Of a stretch of 64,000 nt of DNA, positions 1 through 9,262 are shown in pieces. The translations under genes were made by a program, and so were the position numbers. The notes under the pieces are model-generated. The model was not told the origin of the DNA, made no database searches, and worked only from the letters and a program-made list of their open reading frames with translations. The stretch comes from an uncultured Candidatus Saccharibacteria bacterium (GTDB taxonomy: Bacteria; Patescibacteriota; Minisyncoccia; UBA6257; UBA11618). Within the stretch, counting starts at the first letter, position 1; every line of letters starts with the position of its first letter. The DNA lies in contig CAYJWP010000001.1 in assembly GCA_964373915.1 (NCBI GenBank), positions 51,860 through 115,859 of the forward strand, read 5' to 3'.

Positions 1-840
1 GGCCAATCTCATTCCACTATTGATATGCGTAAGGTAATGGATGAGGGGAAGATTCTGATAGTCAATCTATCCAAAGGAAAAATAGGCGAGGATAATTCAG
101 CTTTGCTGGGAGCGATGATTATTACCAAGTTGCAATTGGCCGCCATGTCCCGGGTTAATATACCCGAAAGCGAACGGCGCGATTATTTTCTTTTTGTTGA
201 TGAGTTTCAGAATTTTGCCACCGAATCTTTTGCTAATATTTTATCCGAGGCGCGCAAATACCGCCTTTCCTTGGTTTTGGCCAATCAGTATCTTGACCAG
301 CTGGACTATGGGGATAAGACTGCGGTTCGGTCGGCTATCTTCGGCAACGTGGGCACCATTGTTATTTTTAGGGTGGGCGCCAAAGACGCCGAGTTTTTAG
401 AGACCGAATTTGAGCCGGAATACGAAGCCAACGATCTGGTAAATTTAGCCAAGTACAACATCTACATTAAATTGATGATCGACGGAATTGCTTCGCGCCC
501 TTTCGCCGCTACTACGCTTTCTCCCTCTGAAAAGCCCGCGGAAAGCTTTAAAGACGTTATCGTTCTCAACACTCGCAGCCACTATGCCATACCGCGGCAA
601 AAAGTTGAGGAAACTATTGCCAGCCAGTGGATGCCGGAGGGAAAATCAACCGCCGAAAGAGCCGCTCGTCGCGAGGAAAAACCGCTTAGCCAAGCGTTAA
701 AACCTGAACTGGGCTTGAGGCACAGTTCGCCAAGAGAAGAACGCCAGCGGCAGGAGCATCAGCGTAAAACGGAAGTTAATATCGGCGAACTGAAAAAGGC
801 CCTTGAGGGCGCTCTAAATAAAGAGGAAAAAAAGAGTTAG
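1..840 (+). CDS. C-terminal part of a HerA/FtsK-like ATPase of the TraG/TraD/VirD4 coupling-protein family (5' end lies outside the window)
   Basis: In-frame from window start. Walker-B-like 'YFLFVDEFQNF' and 'LVLANQ' sensor motifs typical of type IV secretion / conjugal coupling ATPases. Charged low-complexity C-terminal tail. Confidence 0.55.
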   Translation, partial: GQSHSTIDMRKVMDEGKILIVNLSKGKIGEDNSALLGAMIITKLQLAAMSRVNIPESERRDYFLFVDEFQNFATESFANILSEARKYRLSLVLANQYLDQLDYGDKTAVRSAIFGNVGTIVIFRVGAKDAEFLETEFEPEYEANDLVNLAKYNIYIKLMIDGIASRPFAATTLSPSEKPAESFKDVIVLNTRSHYAIPRQKVEETIASQWMPEGKSTAERAARREEKPLSQALKPELGLRHSSPREERQRQEHQRKTEVNIGELKKALEGALNKEEKKS

Positions 841-1406
841 TTCTTTTCCACTCTCTCGGCGTACTCTCCCGTTTCAGTGTTAATTCTGACTATGTCGCCC
901 TCTTTAACAAAAAGAGGCACGGTGATTTTTGCTCCGGTTTCCAAGGTAGCTATTTTCTTGCCTCCGGCGGCGGTGTCGCCACGATCTCCCGGAGGAGTCT
1001 CGGTTACTTTCAAATCAATTTTAATCGGAGGTTTAACACTGACTATCTTGCCGTTGAAAATAATAGCTGTGACCTCTGAATTAGGTTTTAAAAAAACATT
1101 GGAGGAACCGATAGCTTCTTCTTTGATAGAAAAACGGTTGGAAGGATTGTCTATGTCGGAAAACCAATATTCTTCTCTGTGGTTATACAGATATTTAACG
1201 GATTTTTTCTCAACATCGGCTTCTTCAAAACTTTCACTTTGATGGATATTGCGGCTGATTATTTTGCCGTTTAAAATATGCCTGAATTTTACCTGCACCA
1301 CTGCCTTGCGCTGTTGCATGCGTAGAAAAGACGCCTCTATTATCTCATAGGGCTGGCCGTCTATAACCACCATTCTTCCGGGCCTTAGTTCGGTGTAAGA
1401 AAGCAT
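837..1406 (-). CDS. efp: translation elongation factor P
   Basis: 189 aa. N-terminus 'MLSYTELRPGRMVVIDGQPYEI' and overall length are classic EF-P. Convergent 4-bp stop-codon overlap ('TTAG') with the upstream gene. Confidence 0.95.
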   Translation of the reverse strand: MLSYTELRPGRMVVIDGQPYEIIEASFLRMQQRKAVVQVKFRHILNGKIISRNIHQSESFEEADVEKKSVKYLYNHREEYWFSDIDNPSNRFSIKEEAIGSSNVFLKPNSEVTAIIFNGKIVSVKPPIKIDLKVTETPPGDRGDTAAGGKKIATLETGAKITVPLFVKEGDIVRINTETGEYAERVEKN

Positions 1407-1451
1407 AATCTTGTGAAAAAGTAGTTTTCATATTAAAATACAAGCCTGATT

Positions 1452-2495
1452 ATGTCAAATAAAAACCAGAAAGTTTTTGTTGCTTTAAGCGGCGGAGTGG
1501 ATAGCTCCGTAGCCGCCGCTTTGCTAAAAAAAGATGGCTTTAGAGTTGTTGGTTGCCACATTAAATGTTTCAACTTGGATGGTTGCGGCGAAAAAGATAT
1601 TGAAGATGCCCGCAGAGTTGCCGAAAAATTGGCAATTCCTTTCTATGTTTTTGATTTAGAAAAGGAGTATAAAGACAAAGTTGTCCGGTATATGGTTGAT
1701 GGTTATAAAAACGGGCTTACCCCCAATCCCGACGTAATGTGCAACAGCCAGATTAAGTTTGGTTTGTTTTTGAAACGCGCCTTGGAGTTAGGGGCGGATT
1801 ACATCGCTACTGGGCATTATGTTAGATTGTGCCAGTTGGCATCGGCAGGCCCCGTTTTTTCTCTTAAAGTCGCTAAAGATAAAAATAAAGACCAAAGCTA
1901 TTTTCTCTGGACGCTGACTCAAGATCAGCTTAAACGTTGCCTGTTTCCTATAGGCGACTACACCAAAAAAGAAGTTCGGCAAATGGCTAAAAAATTCGGC
2001 TTGCCGACCGCTGAAAAAAAAGATTCCCAAGGCATTTGTTTTCTCGGCAAAATAACTTTGGCCAATTTTCTTGGCAAATATATTCCTCAAAAAAAAGGGT
2101 TAATTTTAAATGTCGCTGGCGAAAAGATGGGCAACCACCAGGGCGCTCATCTTTATACCATTGGCCAAAGGCACGGATTAAAGTTGCGCGGTGGCACCAA
2201 GCCTTATTATGTGGCGGACAAAGACGTGAAAAATAACATTATCACTATCGCTGAAAATAATGACAATTCCAATCTCTACAAATCCGAAGTTAAATTAAAA
2301 GATATTAATCTTATTTCACCAAAAATGGTCACTTCTGTTTGCGCTCGTCTTCGCTATCGCCAGCCGTTGTTTAAAGCGACGCTTTCCGGCTCTCGGCTCG
2401 TCTTCAATGAGCCCCAAAAATTCATCGCTCCCGGCCAGTCGGCGGTTTTTTACAATACCAAAGGTGAGTTGCTGGGTGGGGGAGTTATGGAGTAA
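1452..2495 (+). CDS. mnmA: tRNA 2-thiouridine(34) synthase MnmA
   Basis: PP-loop 'VALSGGVDSSVAA' and conserved Cys residues. 347 aa. Confidence 0.93.
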   Translation: MSNKNQKVFVALSGGVDSSVAAALLKKDGFRVVGCHIKCFNLDGCGEKDIEDARRVAEKLAIPFYVFDLEKEYKDKVVRYMVDGYKNGLTPNPDVMCNSQIKFGLFLKRALELGADYIATGHYVRLCQLASAGPVFSLKVAKDKNKDQSYFLWTLTQDQLKRCLFPIGDYTKKEVRQMAKKFGLPTAEKKDSQGICFLGKITLANFLGKYIPQKKGLILNVAGEKMGNHQGAHLYTIGQRHGLKLRGGTKPYYVADKDVKNNIITIAENNDNSNLYKSEVKLKDINLISPKMVTSVCARLRYRQPLFKATLSGSRLVFNEPQKFIAPGQSAVFYNTKGELLGGGVME

Positions 2496-3489
2496 AAATA
2501 AATTTTTCCAATTCTTCTAGGATTACTTCTTCAAACTTTATTTCTGGCTTAACTTTTCTTTTCGGCATTTTTCCAAATCTTCCTTCGAAATACATATCAA
2601 TAGCAATCGTAAAAGAATCATCTTCTTTTGTTAGGTTTTTAAATTGCTGTTGACAAAGATCTGATATCCAGTTCTTAACCTGATTAATATCAAGGCTTCT
2701 TCCTGGGTTAAGTCTTGCTATAGCAAGTTTTATAGGGGGGAGACCCCCACACTTTCTATAAGCGGCATTAATCTTATCCAAAATAATATTCCTAGGATCC
2801 AATAATTCATTCACTTTTTCGCTTATAGTTACAGCAGTACCGGCGCCACTGATAATTTTAACTAGAGGTCCTGCACACCTGCAAATACTTTTAAGCCGAT
2901 TGACCCGTCTGGTGGCTTTTGCAATTATGGAGTTACTAATTTTTAGTCCCCTAATATGTGCCTTTCCGGTTAAAATATCAGGGAGGGATTCACCGCTTAT
3001 AGTAAGAACATTGTTTCTATTGGCTATATGAGCTGCGTGAAATTGGTACGTTAAATTTCTTTCTTTAAACAAAGAAAAAAGCCCCTTTTCTCTATATTTA
3101 TTAAAAATACGCACCAAAGATTCTACTTTGATTTCCCTGACTCGCTTTGAATCTTCTAATGCTTTCTTACCCCATCTTTTTATATATGCTGCTTCTAGTT
3201 TATCCTCATCCGTTACCCCTAAAAAATTCATCAATTCTTCATTAAAATCTCCTATAAGAGGAGTGCCGGTATTAGGGTTAATTGGTAAAGATGTGGTTCC
3301 CGGATAAGCACAACTACCACCATAAGTATTAAAAATATTATCAAGCTCATCTTGAAGAGCAAACAACATATTAATTAATTCTTTATCCGTACCGGCATCT
3401 ATTAATGTGAGGGGTTTAAAATAAAAACCCACTAGTAATAAAATTATCAAAACTAATAACCAACTGCCAAAACTTCCTCTCCACATCAA
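2485..3489 (-). CDS. hypothetical membrane-anchored protein
   Basis: 334-aa ORF with an N-terminal TM helix ('SWLLVLIILLLVGFYF') and a soluble domain carrying several Cys. No motif recognised. Confidence 0.5.
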   Translation of the reverse strand: MMWRGSFGSWLLVLIILLLVGFYFKPLTLIDAGTDKELINMLFALQDELDNIFNTYGGSCAYPGTTSLPINPNTGTPLIGDFNEELMNFLGVTDEDKLEAAYIKRWGKKALEDSKRVREIKVESLVRIFNKYREKGLFSLFKERNLTYQFHAAHIANRNNVLTISGESLPDILTGKAHIRGLKISNSIIAKATRRVNRLKSICRCAGPLVKIISGAGTAVTISEKVNELLDPRNIILDKINAAYRKCGGLPPIKLAIARLNPGRSLDINQVKNWISDLCQQQFKNLTKEDDSFTIAIDMYFEGRFGKMPKRKVKPEIKFEEVILEELEKFIFTP

Positions 3490-3550
3490 ATTTATTATAA
3501 CACAATAGAATGGATTGTTATACCCCTGTTTTTATACTACAATTTTTTCT

Positions 3551-4945
3551 ATGAGAACTTATGCTAACAAAATTGGCGACGAGGAGGGTAAAAAAGTAAC
3601 TTTAATGGGCTGGGTAGGCGCTCGCCGTGATCACGGCAAGCTCATTTTTATTGATTTAAGGGACGGCTCCGGCTTATGCCAGTGTGTTTTTTTAGGTAAG
3701 GACAAAAAACTTTTCAGCCAAGCCGAGCAATTGCGTCCGGAGTGGGTGGTCAAAATCACCGGCTTGGTGGGCGTGCGTCCGGAAAAATTAATCAATCCAG
3801 ACCTGCCTAGCGGCCGGTGGGAAGTGCTGGTAGATGGTTTGGAAGTTTTAAACGAAGCCGAAACTCCGGCTATTGCTGTTGATACTGATGGCTATGAGAT
3901 TGGCGAAGAGAGCCGCCTTAAATATCGCTATCTTGATTTACGCCGCCCCCGGCTTCATAAAAATATCAAAATTCGCCACCGGATTGCCAAATTTATTAGG
4001 GACTATCTTAACAGCGAAGATTTTGTTGAGGTGGAAACTCCCATTCTTACCAAGTCCACTCCCGAGGGCGCGCGCGATTTTCTTGTGCCATCAAGAATGT
4101 ATCCGGGAAAATTTTATGCCTTGCCCCAGTCTCCCCAGCAATATAAACAGCTTCTGGCGGTCGGTGGTGTGGAAAAATATTTTCAGATAGCTCGTTGTTT
4201 TCGGGACGAAGACACTCGCGGCGATCGCCAGCCGGAATTCACTCAACTTGACCTTGAGATGGCGTTTACCGACAAAGAGATGATTATGGGTCTGGTAGAA
4301 AATCTTTATATCAAGCTAGTAGGAAAAATTTTTCCAGACAAAAAAATCAGCAAAAAGCCTTTTCCTCGGCTTACTTATGGGGAGGCGACAAAAAAGTATA
4401 AAAGCGATCGGCCGGACTTAAGAAAAAATAAAAAAGATGATAATGAGCTGGCATTTGTTTGGATAACAGATTTTCCTTTTTTTGAAAAAAACAAAGAGGG
4501 TCGGTGGACTTTTACCCATAATCCATTTTCTTCTCCGTTAGACGAACATTTGGGCTGGCTTACGCAGGAGAAGAATGTCGGCAAAATCATCGCCAATCAA
4601 TATGATTTGGTTCTTAACGGCAACGAGATAGGCGGCGGCAGTATCCGCGCCCACAAACCGGAGATTTTAAAAAAAGTGCTTCAAATTATAGGTTTAAACG
4701 ATAAAAATATTGAGGAGAATTTCGGTCACATGTTAAAAGCGCTGGCTTCCGGCGCTCCGCCCCATGGAGGCATTGCTATCGGCTTAGATCGGTTTGTTTC
4801 TGTTTTGGCCGGTGAACCCAATATTCGAGAAGTCATTGCTTTTCCAAAGACGGGAGATATGCAAGACATGATGATGTCTGCTCCTAGCGCTGTTGCTAAA
4901 GAGCAGTTAGATGAGTTAGGATTGTCCTTTAAAAAAGGAAAATAA
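3551..4945 (+). CDS. aspS: aspartate--tRNA ligase, short (archaeal/non-discriminating-type) form
   Basis: Class IIb motifs 'QSPQQYKQLL...ARCFRDEDTRGDRQPEFTQLDLEMAF' and 'GGIAIGLDRFV'. N-terminal OB fold 'VTLMGWVGARRDHGKLIFIDLRD'. About 464 aa, lacks the bacterial GAD insertion. Start taken at ATG 3551 (MRTYANK...) rather than 3515. Confidence 0.9.
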   Translation: MRTYANKIGDEEGKKVTLMGWVGARRDHGKLIFIDLRDGSGLCQCVFLGKDKKLFSQAEQLRPEWVVKITGLVGVRPEKLINPDLPSGRWEVLVDGLEVLNEAETPAIAVDTDGYEIGEESRLKYRYLDLRRPRLHKNIKIRHRIAKFIRDYLNSEDFVEVETPILTKSTPEGARDFLVPSRMYPGKFYALPQSPQQYKQLLAVGGVEKYFQIARCFRDEDTRGDRQPEFTQLDLEMAFTDKEMIMGLVENLYIKLVGKIFPDKKISKKPFPRLTYGEATKKYKSDRPDLRKNKKDDNELAFVWITDFPFFEKNKEGRWTFTHNPFSSPLDEHLGWLTQEKNVGKIIANQYDLVLNGNEIGGGSIRAHKPEILKKVLQIIGLNDKNIEENFGHMLKALASGAPPHGGIAIGLDRFVSVLAGEPNIREVIAFPKTGDMQDMMMSAPSAVAKEQLDELGLSFKKGK

Positions 4946-4946
4946 A

Positions 4947-5549
4947 ATGGACAACAAAAAAGAAAAGACTCTGGTCATTATTAAGCCAGACGGTGTTCAG
5001 CGCAGCCTTATAGGAGATATCATGAGTCGTTTTGAAAGAACCGGCTTGAAATTAGTGGGTTTAAAAATGCTAGTGCCGTCGCCGGATTTTATTGAAAGTC
5101 ATTATACTCTTGATCTTGGATGGCGCCGTAAAACTGGCGAAAAAACCATTGAGTCTTATAAAAGTAAAGGCAAGCAGCTGCCAACGGAAGATCCATTGAA
5201 AATTGCCGAGATAGTTTTAAATAATTTGAAAAAATTTATGTCTTCTGGACCGGTAGTGGTAATGGTCTGGCAGGGGATGAATGCCGTGGGTGTGGTTAGA
5301 AAAATTACAGGCGCCACCGAGCCGCTGACATCGGATGTCGGCACCATCCGCGGCGATTTGACCATAGACTCTTATGAGGTTTCCGATTTGGACGGCCGCT
5401 CCGTGCGCAACCTTATCCACGCCTCGGGCAATATTGAAGACGCGAAAAAAGAGATTCAGCTTTGGTTTAGCGAAAAGGAGTTGATTAGTTATCGACTTGT
5501 TCAGGAGGAGATTCTTTACAACGTTAATTTGGACGGAATTTTGGAATAA
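4947..5549 (+). CDS. ndk: nucleoside diphosphate kinase (long form with an internal insertion)
   Basis: 'TLVIIKPDGVQRSLIGDIMSRFE' and active-site His in 'NLIHASG'. A roughly 35-aa insertion relative to canonical 140-aa NDKs. Confidence 0.88.
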   Translation: MDNKKEKTLVIIKPDGVQRSLIGDIMSRFERTGLKLVGLKMLVPSPDFIESHYTLDLGWRRKTGEKTIESYKSKGKQLPTEDPLKIAEIVLNNLKKFMSSGPVVVMVWQGMNAVGVVRKITGATEPLTSDVGTIRGDLTIDSYEVSDLDGRSVRNLIHASGNIEDAKKEIQLWFSEKELISYRLVQEEILYNVNLDGILE

Positions 5550-5575
5550 GATTCTAAATACGCTACAATAAAAAC

Positions 5576-5697
5576 GAAGCCTTGTTTTTTAGATTCCGGG
5601 TCAAGTAGTATTTCAAGTGGAGTCAATATCGCTTAGTTCTGTGGAATCAAGTTGAGACTTCAAAATTAATTCAAGCCGGAATTCTCAAAAACAAGGC
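5576..5697. repeat. long inverted repeat / predicted extended stem-loop between ndk and lepA
   Basis: 'AAGCCTTGTTTTT' (5576-5588) is the perfect reverse complement of 'AAAAACAAGGCTT' (5685-5697). It is extended by 'AGATTCCGG' / 'CCGGAAT' and encloses about 75 nt. Confidence 0.6.
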
Positions 5698-5705
5698 TTT
5701 TTAAT

Positions 5706-7493
5706 ATGGAAAACATTCGTAATTTTGTTATTATCGCTCATATTGACCACGGCAAGTCCACTCTAGCCGACCGCCTGCTGGAAATAACCGGCACGGTGGA
5801 CAAAAGGCATCTCCAACCTCAACATTTAGACCGATTAGAATCGGAAAGAGAAAGGGGAATTACCATTAAAATGGCGCCAGTGCGGATGATTTTTGGGGAT
5901 TATATACTGAATCTCATAGATACTCCCGGCCACAGTGATTTCGCTTATGAAGTTTCCCGAGCTCTGGCAGCCGTGGAGGGGGCGATATTGTTAGTTGATA
6001 TTTCCCAAGGCATTCAGGCGCAGACTTTGGCTAATTTTGAAACGGCTAAAAAAACTGGCCTTAAAATCATCGGCGCTGTTTCTAAAATAGACCTTAATTT
6101 GCCTCAAATAGAAGAAGTTGTTCAGTCCTTGGCCGAATTATTAGAAGTTAGAGAGGATGAAATTCTTAGAGTTTCCGGCAAAACGGGACAGGGCGTGGAA
6201 GAATTATTAGCAGCTGTTATTAAACGGTTTCCGCCGTCGCGCATTATTCCATCAAAAGAAGAAATTTCCCGCGCTCTCATTTTTGATTCTCTTTATGACG
6301 AACATAAGGGAGTAATTGCCTTTATAAGAATTTTTAACGGCAGTTTTAAAGGTAACGAGCAAATATCATTTCTAGCCACAAAATCAACCATTAAAGCTAA
6401 AGAGGTTGGATATTTTAATCCTCAATTGAAACCAGCTAAAGAATTATTCACGGGCGAGATTGGCTATATTGCCACTGGCCTTAAACAGCCGGAAAAAATA
6501 AAAATAGGTGATACAATTATTAATGTCAAAAATCAAAATCCAAATGTCAAAACTTTAGCCCTTCAGGGCTATAGAGAGCCTCAACCCGTAGTCTTTGTTT
6601 CTTTTTATCCCGAGGAAAATGATGACTATGATGATTTGAAAATTTCTTTGGCTAAATTAAAGCTTAACGACGCCTCCTTGTTTTTTGAGCCGGAAAGCAG
6701 CGAGCTTTTAGGCAGGGGATTTAAGGGAGGATTTTTAGGGAGATTGCACTTTGAGATTACCGCCGAACGGCTGGAAAAAGAATTTAATTTAAAAACAATC
6801 CAGAGCTTCCCCTCAGTTTCCTATCAGGTTAAGACCAGAAAGGGAGTGGAGGAAATCAGCAGTCCCAAGGATTTTCCCTATGATTATCTTGAAGTTTTAG
6901 AGCCAGTAATTCGGGTGGAAATCATTACCCCGCCTCAGTATTTAGGAGGCGTTTTGTCGCTCAAGCAGTTTTACAGAATAGGGGATTTTGAGACCAGAAA
7001 CATCGGCAATCGGGTAATTATTAAGGCCAAAATGCCCCTTGCCGACCTGATTAGCGATTTTGATGATAAGTTAAAATCCTTGTCAGAGGGCTACAGCTCT
7101 TTGAGTTATGAAATTATCGGTTATGAAAAAAGTAATCTGGCTAAGATGGAAATATTAATAGCCGGTCATCTTGTTCCCGGCCTGACCAGGATTATTCCAG
7201 CCGAGAGAATTGATCGCGAAGCCCGAACTACCGTGGGAAAACTTAAAGAATTTCTGCCTCGCCAGCAGTTCACTCAGGCGATACAGGCCGCCAGCGGCGG
7301 GCGGATTATTGCCCGTGAAACCATTGCTGCCCTTAAAAAAGATGTCACCGGCTACCTTTACGGCGGCGACCGCACCCGCAAGATGAAGCTTTGGAAGAAA
7401 CAGCAAAAAGGCAAGGCCAAACTTAAAGAACGGGCAGAATCTTCAGCTGTTCATATTCCGCCCTCTGTGTTTAAGGAGCTGCTGAAGAAATAA
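5706..7493 (+). CDS. lepA: translation elongation factor 4 (LepA)
   Basis: 595 aa. G-domain 'IIAHIDHGKSTLADRLLE' and a LepA-type C-terminal domain. Confidence 0.95.
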   Translation: MENIRNFVIIAHIDHGKSTLADRLLEITGTVDKRHLQPQHLDRLESERERGITIKMAPVRMIFGDYILNLIDTPGHSDFAYEVSRALAAVEGAILLVDISQGIQAQTLANFETAKKTGLKIIGAVSKIDLNLPQIEEVVQSLAELLEVREDEILRVSGKTGQGVEELLAAVIKRFPPSRIIPSKEEISRALIFDSLYDEHKGVIAFIRIFNGSFKGNEQISFLATKSTIKAKEVGYFNPQLKPAKELFTGEIGYIATGLKQPEKIKIGDTIINVKNQNPNVKTLALQGYREPQPVVFVSFYPEENDDYDDLKISLAKLKLNDASLFFEPESSELLGRGFKGGFLGRLHFEITAERLEKEFNLKTIQSFPSVSYQVKTRKGVEEISSPKDFPYDYLEVLEPVIRVEIITPPQYLGGVLSLKQFYRIGDFETRNIGNRVIIKAKMPLADLISDFDDKLKSLSEGYSSLSYEIIGYEKSNLAKMEILIAGHLVPGLTRIIPAERIDREARTTVGKLKEFLPRQQFTQAIQAASGGRIIARETIAALKKDVTGYLYGGDRTRKMKLWKKQQKGKAKLKERAESSAVHIPPSVFKELLKK

Positions 7494-7509
7494 TAGTGTA
7501 TAATTAATA

Positions 7510-7540
7510 GGGGAAAGAAAAACCCCCTTAATTAAGGGGG
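7510..7540. terminator. bidirectional rho-independent terminator (two adjacent GC hairpins)
   Basis: 'GGGGaaagaaaaaCCCCC' followed by the palindrome 'CCCCCTTAATTAAGGGGG'. T-tract on the minus strand. Overlaps the stop of the minus-strand small ORF. Confidence 0.7.
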
Positions 7541-7719
7541 CGGTCGGCTGGCCTCATCATGTCCAGCAGGTGATCCATCTCGCTAACGAGAGAGTCACTT
7601 TTTTGGATTAAATCGCTGTTCATTCGCTCGATTTGGCTGTGCTGGTCGGTATAAACCAATAACAGCCATCCGGCAGATGCAGCGAAAACGCAAGCCAACA
7701 GCACTAAAAGGTGTTTCAT
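7528..7719 (-). CDS. small signal-peptide/membrane protein (63 aa)
   Basis: Canonical minus-strand promoter (TTGACT-17-TATAAT at 7760-7787) and SD 'AAGGAG' 9 nt upstream of the ATG. Hydrophobic N-terminus 'LLVLLACVFAASAGWLLLV'. Confidence 0.5.
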   Translation of the reverse strand: MKHLLVLLACVFAASAGWLLLVYTDQHSQIERMNSDLIQKSDSLVSEMDHLLDMMRPADRPLN

Positions 7720-7734
7720 CGCTTTTTTCTCCTT

Positions 7735-7763
7735 TTCAAAAACACCACTCTGTCTGGTATTAT
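7735..7763 (+). promoter_or_regulatory. sigma70-like promoter (TTCAAA-17-TATTAT) for the 7800 gene
   Basis: Hexamers seen directly. Face-to-face with the minus-strand promoter, with overlapping -10 elements. Confidence 0.5.
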
Positions 7764-7787
7764 AGCATTATTATTATGATAAGTCAA
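7760..7787 (-). promoter_or_regulatory. sigma70 consensus promoter (TTGACT-17-TATAAT) for the 63-aa ORF
   Basis: Read on the minus strand as 'TTGACTtatcataataataatgcTATAAT'. Confidence 0.6.
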
Positions 7788-7799
7788 TATAAGCAAATA

Positions 7800-9239
7800 A
7801 TGGCGCTTTTAACGGCGGCGGGCATTTTTCTGCTTGTTGGAGCTTGGCTTTTAAATTCTTATACCGTTCAATCTCAAACCGAAGAGGAGCGGCTGATTAA
7901 TTCAATCAATTCCGCTATCAACGATCTCATTAATAATAGTGAAATAAGCCAAAAAATTAGGGATCTGGTCGGCAAGCCCACTGAAAACAAATCTTATTTT
8001 GATGATTACCTTCCTCCCCAGATATTTAATGACCTGATTAGCCATGGCCAAAAAGCTCAGGGTAGTTTTAGTATAATATTTGGCTTATTAAATGAAATTA
8101 GACAATTGTCTGGTAATTGCCAAACAGACGATGATAAAAAAAAGCTTATTAATAAAATTGAAGAACTCAACAACAACCTTTCTTTATTTATTGGTCATTT
8201 AACTAACTATCGCAAAGTTCTTGTGGAGGCGAGCTCCCTACTGGGCGATCCCGGTTTTTTTTCACCTTTTAAAAAGGGCTTTAAGGATAGGTTGAATCAA
8301 TCGGCTAGTGAATTAGGCCAAAGAATTACCGCTCTGCAAAAACGTCAAGCCGATCTTAATAGTCAAGTGCAATTGGGTAATCATATTAAATTAGCCGATA
8401 AATTATGTATAAAAAATGGCAATGGGCCTCCGCCTATTCCTCCGCCGGACAACGATATAAAAAATGAAGATGTCGCTGAGTGCGTTAAAGATTTTAACAA
8501 GCTTGCCGAATTAGCGAGAAAAATTTTATTCCACAGAACAACTCTTGACCAAAACACCTCAACTAATCTTAATTTTTTAATTACTAATCTGGAAGCCGCC
8601 GGCAGAAACTTCCCCTCACATTTTTCTTCATTACAGTCGGCTATTAATCGGCTAAATAAATTACTCTTATCGCCTTCTTTACGCCAAGTGGAAAAAAATG
8701 CTTTGGGGAGTTATTTAGCGTCTCTTAAACAATGCTTAAAAGTGACCAATGGAGAACAGCCTCCACCTCCTGCCGACAATGAAGATAGCGCCAGAATCAA
8801 AGAGTGCCACAAAAAGTACGACCGGCAATTGGTAGATTTTTTAGGGAAACTTCCCGCCTACTTTAGAATCCAGGCTCAAGAGCTAAAGAATAAGGCTGAT
8901 TCATTCCGGCAGGCCGCTTTTAAAGACCATAAAGATAGAATTAATCTGCTGGCGGACGGTCTTTTAAGTCTCGCTGACGAGATTGGGGGTTGGATTAAAG
9001 CTTGGGGAAGTAAGGTTCCTTTTAAAAATACCTACGAATTGATTGACGGCCTTATTGCCAAGTTTGAATACATTAAAGCCTACTATGAAGGCATAATAAA
9101 ATCTTTTCCTCTTCCTCCTAATCATCCTCAATCAATCGCTATGAAAAAGTATTATCAAAAAAAGATAGATTACGCCGATACAGTCATAAATGATCTTAAA
9201 AAATTAAAGGAAGACAAGCGAAAATGCGCCAACTGTTAG
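7800..9239 (+). CDS. hypothetical signal-anchored secreted protein, helical, with an internal duplicated Cys/Pro motif
   Basis: Start taken at ATG 7800 (MALLTAAGIFLLVGAWLL = TM/signal); the 7677 start is an ORF-caller extension. Duplicated module 'C..NG..PPP.PP.DN(D/E)...EC...'. Ends in 'KRKCANC'. Confidence 0.6.
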   Translation: MALLTAAGIFLLVGAWLLNSYTVQSQTEEERLINSINSAINDLINNSEISQKIRDLVGKPTENKSYFDDYLPPQIFNDLISHGQKAQGSFSIIFGLLNEIRQLSGNCQTDDDKKKLINKIEELNNNLSLFIGHLTNYRKVLVEASSLLGDPGFFSPFKKGFKDRLNQSASELGQRITALQKRQADLNSQVQLGNHIKLADKLCIKNGNGPPPIPPPDNDIKNEDVAECVKDFNKLAELARKILFHRTTLDQNTSTNLNFLITNLEAAGRNFPSHFSSLQSAINRLNKLLLSPSLRQVEKNALGSYLASLKQCLKVTNGEQPPPPADNEDSARIKECHKKYDRQLVDFLGKLPAYFRIQAQELKNKADSFRQAAFKDHKDRINLLADGLLSLADEIGGWIKAWGSKVPFKNTYELIDGLIAKFEYIKAYYEGIIKSFPLPPNHPQSIAMKKYYQKKIDYADTVINDLKKLKEDKRKCANC

Positions 9240-9262
9240 TTAACGTGTTATAATTAAAACAA

